This document shows positions 59,016 to 64,000 of a stretch of DNA of 64,000 nt, one piece after another (within the stretch, counting starts at the first letter, position 1; the number at the start of each line of letters is the position of its first letter). A program made the translations under genes and the position numbers. Source of the DNA: the human T2T-CHM13v2.0 reference genome, Homo sapiens; NCBI RefSeq assembly GCF_009914755.1, contig NC_060927.1. One strand, 5' to 3'. The notes beneath the pieces are model-generated. The model did not search any database and had not been told where the DNA came from. It saw only the letters and a list, made by a program, of their open reading frames with translations.

Positions 59016-59364
59016 TGATATGGTTTGGCTGTGTCCCCACCCAAATCTCATCTTGAATTTCCACGTGTTGTGGGAGGGACCTGGCGGGAGGTAATTGAAT
59101 CATGGGGGCAGGTCTTTCCCATGCTGTTCTCATGATAGCAAATAAGTCTCACAAGATCTGATGGTTTTATAAGGTGGAATTTTCCTGCACAAGCTCTCTG
59201 CCCGCTGCCATCCATGTAAGACGTGATTTGTTCCTCCTTGCCTTTGCCATGATTGCAAGGCCTCGTCAGCCACTTGGAACTGTGAGTCTGTTAAACTTCT
59301 TTCCTTTGTAAATTGCCCAGTCTCCAGTATGTCTTTATCAGCAGTGTGAAAATGGACTAATAAA
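59016..59364 (+). mobile_element. THE1 (THE1B-like) solo LTR
   Basis: tgatatggtttggctgtgtccccacccaaatctcatcttgaatt...aatggactaataaa; perfect 5-bp TSD actga (59011-59015 / 59365-59369). Confidence 0.93.
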
Positions 59365-60248
59365 ACTGACAATACTAAATGTTGGTGAAAATATAATTCT
59401 TATACATCACTGTTGGAAAGAAAATGGTACAACCACTTGGAAAATAGTTGGACATTCTTAAATATTGTTAAACATACACCTGACCTATGAACTAACAATT
59501 ATAATTCCAACTTATATCTACTGTAAGACTCACACAAGAATATTTATAGTAGCTTTATTCATATTCATACTATTCAAAAACCTTAAACTACCCAAATGAC
59601 CATCAATATGAAAATGGAAAAACGAATTGCGCTATATTCAGGAAATAGATGTATGTTCAACTATAAGAATAAGGTGGTACCTGCAACAAACATGAGTGAC
59701 TCTATAAAACCTCTTGCTGAGTGAATAACTCCGGACACTACAGACTACATACTGCATAGTTCCATTAGTTCTAGAATAGGCAAAACTAAGAGATAGTAAT
59801 AGAAATCATGTGAGTGGTTTCCTAGAGTGGGGTGGGTTGTAGTGGGAGTTGACCCCAAAGGGAACTTTCCTGAGTGATTTACATGTAATATAGGTGTAAT
59901 AAGTCAAAATCATGATTGGTGTAGTATACCTGGTTGCAACTAGTATACAACTAGTACAAATAGTACAACTAGTGTACCTAGTTATAGTTACAACGTACAT
60001 GACATCTGTCAAAACTCATTAAATTGTACATTTGATATCTTTACATTTTATTGTATGTAAATTATACCTTAATAAAGCTTATTTTATATCTTAAAAAGAA
60101 AAATATACCAGAAAAATTAGGAGAAAAACAATTGGAAGTAGGAGTGGAGTGGGGAATATACTATATTATTATTACTATTATTTCATGCTTTTCCCTTATC
60201 AGTAAAATTTTCCTTGTTTCTTAATCATATAATGTGTTACAACTTATT

Positions 60249-60541
60249 ATTATTATTATTTGAGACAGAGTGTCTCTCTGTCACCCAGGCTGGAGCGCAG
60301 TGGTGTGATCTCTGCTCACTGCAACCTCTGCCTCCCAGGTTCACGATTCTTGTGCCTCAGACTCTGGAACAGCTGAAATTACAGGCAGCCACCACCATGC
60401 CCAGCTAATTTTTGTACTTCTTGTAGAGACAAGGTTTTGCCATGTTGCCCAGGCTGGTCTCGAACACGTGAGCTCAAGAAATCCACCCACCTCGGTGTCC
60501 CAAAGTGCTGGGATTTCAGGCGTGAGCCACCACACCTAGCC
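60249..60541 (-). mobile_element. Diverged Alu (AluJb-like) with a (TTA)n tail
   Basis: Antisense Alu; TSD tacaacttatt (60238-60248) / tacagcttatt (60542-60552). Confidence 0.9.
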
Positions 60542-61055
60542 TACAGCTTATTTTCTTTTGAAGATGTTTTCTTCTCGGAACCTTCTGATTTCTTGTTTTA
60601 ATTTGGACAAATTACTTGTTAGGCATGCTGCACAGGTTTAATTCTGGGATTCACTTTTAGTTATTTCCATGCTGACTTAATTTGAGTATATATTGCTCTT
60701 TCTTGCATTCTATTTTCTTCTTTCTTTTTTTTTTCTGAGTATACTTGTGAGTCATTCTTTCATAAAGTGTCTATAGAAGGCAGATTTTCTGAGTCTTTCC
60801 ACATTCAAAACTTATTTACTGTTCTCATATATGATTGAAAGTTTGGCTGGGTATCTAATTCTAGGCTCAAAACCATTTACTCTGGGAACCTTGAAGTATC
60901 ACTACCTTTTTTTTTCTAGAACTAATATTGCTTATAAGAAAACAGGTAAGTTTCTGATCTTGTTCCTTTGTAAGCTGTTTCATTTTCCTGGGAACTTTTT
61001 AGATTTATTCTTGCTTTTTTGCTGTTCTAAAATGTTGTGATGATACATATAAGTT

Positions 61056-62040
61056 TATTCATTCATTCAACAAATAGTTATTATAGATATTGATTGCTAG
61101 GAACCCTAGAGGCTGGGAATGAAGCAATAAGATTCCTGTTCTTATGGAGGTTACATTCTAATGGGGGAAATAGACAATAAAATATGAACAAATAAGCAGA
61201 TGAGAAACCTTCAGATATCGGTAAGTACCAAGAAAATACAACAGGAGAATGGAATAGGTCATAGTAAACTGGTGCAGGATGAGAGGGTGCTTTGGATGAG
61301 GTGATTAGGGGTGGGGACCCTCTCTAAAGTGACACTGAAGCAGAGCTCTGAATAACGAGAAGGAGCCATGTAGCAATCTGGGAAGGAGCACTAGTAGAAA
61401 GGGAACATGACCCCAAAGGACCAAGGCAGGAACGGACTGGATGTCTGGAAACAGAAAATCCCTGGGTGACTGGATAATTTGTCATCAATTCTTGAAAGGG
61501 GTAGGAGATGAGGTCTGAGAGCCAAAAAGGAGATAGACCCTGCAGAACCTGCAAGGAACTCGGATCTTATTCTGGATAAACTAGGGGGGAATATGATCTG
61601 ATTTCCACTTTAAAGATCACTCTCACTGTTGTATGGAAAATGGGATTATAAAGGGTCTAGAGGAGGAACAGGAAGATCTGTTAGGAAGCTATTGCTGTCA
61701 ACCAGGCAAGCAATGATGGTGGTTTGGAATAGAGTGTGGCCGTAGAGATGGGGAGATGTTATCAGATGTGGATCTTAATTGGATGCAGGAGGAAAGGAAA
61801 TGAAATCAAGGATGGCTCCTTGGTTTTCACCTGAGCAACTAGGTGAACAGCATGCCATTCAATGAAAGCAGCAAGACCTGGGGGAAAGCAGGTTTGGAGA
61901 AAAACATTAAAAGTGTTAGGACCTATCTAAATTGATGTGCCAGATAGACTGATGGAGCCAGTGTATATGTCAAATGGTCTAGGCAGCGAGACGTCAGGGA
62001 CACAGGTTTGAGAGTCTTCAGTGTGTCAGTGATATTTAAT
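61056..62040 (-). mobile_element. L2 LINE (antisense)
   Basis: attcattcattcaacaaatag...ttcctgttcttatggaggttacattcta...aaagatcactctcactgttgtatgga. Confidence 0.75.
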
Positions 62041-62170
62041 GTCCTGCTTGATCACTGATAGGCCCTTTTATTATGAAATCTTGTGTGTCAACTCTGGAAA
62101 TATTTTTCTACTGTTTATTTAATTATAATCTCTCTATTCTGCCTATTCTTTCTCTCCAGAATTCCTATTA

Positions 62171-62585
62171 CAGCCAGCCTTTTGTATCTATGGAATCCAC
62201 ATTTGTAGGTTCTACTAACAGCGGATAGAAAATATTTTTGTAAAAAAGATGTACCTCTAATTAATGGTGTCCAGCAAAAAAAAAATTTAAAAATAAAAAT
62301 AAATAAAAAATAAATGAACAAAGGATGGTTGTGTCTGCACTGAAAGCATACAGACCTTTTTTTCTTGTCATTATTTCCTAAACAATAGAGTATAACAACT
62401 ATTTACATAGCTTTTACATTGTATTAGGTATTATAAGTAATCTAGTGATTAAAGGATACTAGAAGATGTGCATAGATTGTATGCAAATATGACACCATTT
62501 TATATACAGAACTTGAGCATTCATGGATTTTTGATGTCTGCGGGGGTCCTGGAACCAATCCCCAACAGACACCAGGGGACGATTG
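62171..62585. mobile_element. MER2 (TcMar-Tigger MITE)
   Basis: cagccagccttttgtatc ... gacaccaggggacgattg termini flanked by TA; body gtataacaactatttacatagc...ggtattataagtaatctag. Confidence 0.85.
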
Positions 62586-64000
62586 TAGATGGATGTTAAA
62601 CCTCCTAGATCAATCCACAGGGTCCCTTAACTGTCCTTCATTTTATTCATCTCTTGTGCTTTTGCTCCATGTCTTAGGAGACTTTCTTGATGCTTTCTTG
62701 TTCAGTTCTTAGATTGATTCATATGATGCTGGCTTTAATATTTCCTGTTTTTAAGACCTTTTTTCTGGTGATTACTTCTTTTTATGGGAACTATTCCTGT
62801 TTTGTGACTGTAATTAGGACCCATTTAGATCCTTCTAAATTTTTTTCTCTCCATTATTACCTCTGTGGACAGTTGTTCTGTGTGTTTGTCTTGGTCCTCC
62901 TCTCTTTTACGCTAATATTTTTCATAGTGTGTCAGGACGTCCATAGAACTCTGTTCCTTTTTATGAATGCAGAACTGCTTGCTCGATGCTCATGGCTGGG
63001 AAGGTTTTCGTGCAAGTGTGTTGTCCTCTGGGTCTTTCCCCTGAATTGGGGAACTGGTGTAGAGGATAGAATTTGTCTACTCTCAGGCCTCATCATAGGG
63101 GCACAAGCAGGAAATGGCAGTCAAGCTGACATCTCGAGTGCTTTTAAATTTAGTGGAGTATGAATTCTTCTGAGAAATCACATCATTATTATTTAAATAA
63201 GGAATAATGAGTAACAGTTACCCCTCCCTGAAAACTCATGCCCAGGTAAATATCACTAGCTGATAAAGTCCTTCACAAGGCATTGACCCATCAGTGATGT
63301 CTGCCATGGGTGTGGGAGGGAAGGCTCATAGCCAGAGGCTTTCACACATCCTTCCTTCTTCAGCCCACACACCTGTCCAAGTCACAGTTCACACCCAGCC
63401 TGGAGGAGGCGGATTGGGCTGGGGCCTATATGACAGTCATTTCAACCAGTGGTAACTCATAGCTAAATTTATGTAAACTTACCTTACTGTCTGCTGCTGG
63501 AATGCTGACAAGAGGGCGGCCCTGAGAGAGAATTAGTTTGAGCATGAAGTAGCCACATGCATTATCCTTAAAATGCATGTGTATGGTTAACTGAGTGATT
63601 ATATTCCAAGGTTGATGCAAGTTATTTGGGGAATATCTATACCTCTGTTACCTCCACAGGCATGGTTCGTCAGAGTTCACTGCATGTAACCCTATTTTAA
63701 TCGCGGATAAGACAGACAAATATATTGGCCCTGCAAAGAAAACCAAACAGGATGTTATCGTTAGTAACTTGGAAGGACAGATTTAAATATTTTAAGACTT
63801 TAGTAAAAGGGGACATGTATCAACAGATTTTACATCCACAAGGATAAATTACAGCTATAAACACAGGAAGGACAAACAGTCCAAACACAAGATGGGCCAG
63901 GGCTGATTCACCCAGGGTTAGCAGAGCACCCACTGCAGAAGACGTCAGTGCATCACAATCGTCATGAGTCAGTGAGGCTAAATGTCAATCAGAACTATTC

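Noticed and set aside
62687-63163. 158-aa hydrophobic ORF
   Set aside because: T-rich sequence resembling antisense old L1; the hydrophobicity reflects base composition.

Overview
Human (or closely related great-ape) genomic DNA covering the 3' end of PLCL2 (inactive phospholipase C-like protein 2 / PRIP-2) on the + strand. It holds the end of one large intron, a 110-nt penultimate coding exon (20147-20256), a 21.7-kb last intron, and the terminal exon (CDS 41923-42102, 3'UTR to ~42790 with ATTAAA at 42764), followed by ~21 kb of repeat-rich intergenic DNA. The gene was identified from memory of the protein's C-terminal sequence, not from a database search. Much of the window is transposon-derived: near full-length Tigger2 and Tigger1, an MSTA provirus, L1MA/L1MB/L1PA copies, many Alus, LTRs, L2/MIR and MER elements. 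Subfamily names were assigned by eye and boundaries of old repeats are approximate. No other protein-coding gene, RNA gene or CRISPR is supported; the other long ORFs are repeat-derived. Most notable observations: (1) a diverged intronic copy of the miRNA-site-rich core of the PLCL2 3'UTR, fused to the tail of an old L1 2.2 kb upstream of its source; (2) an in-frame 51-nt candidate cassette exon in the last intron; (3) an RRS-LxxIxE (PKA site plus PP2A-B56 docking-type) motif at the PLCL2 C-terminus; (4) three independent duplication/deletion junctions carrying locally templated filler DNA.
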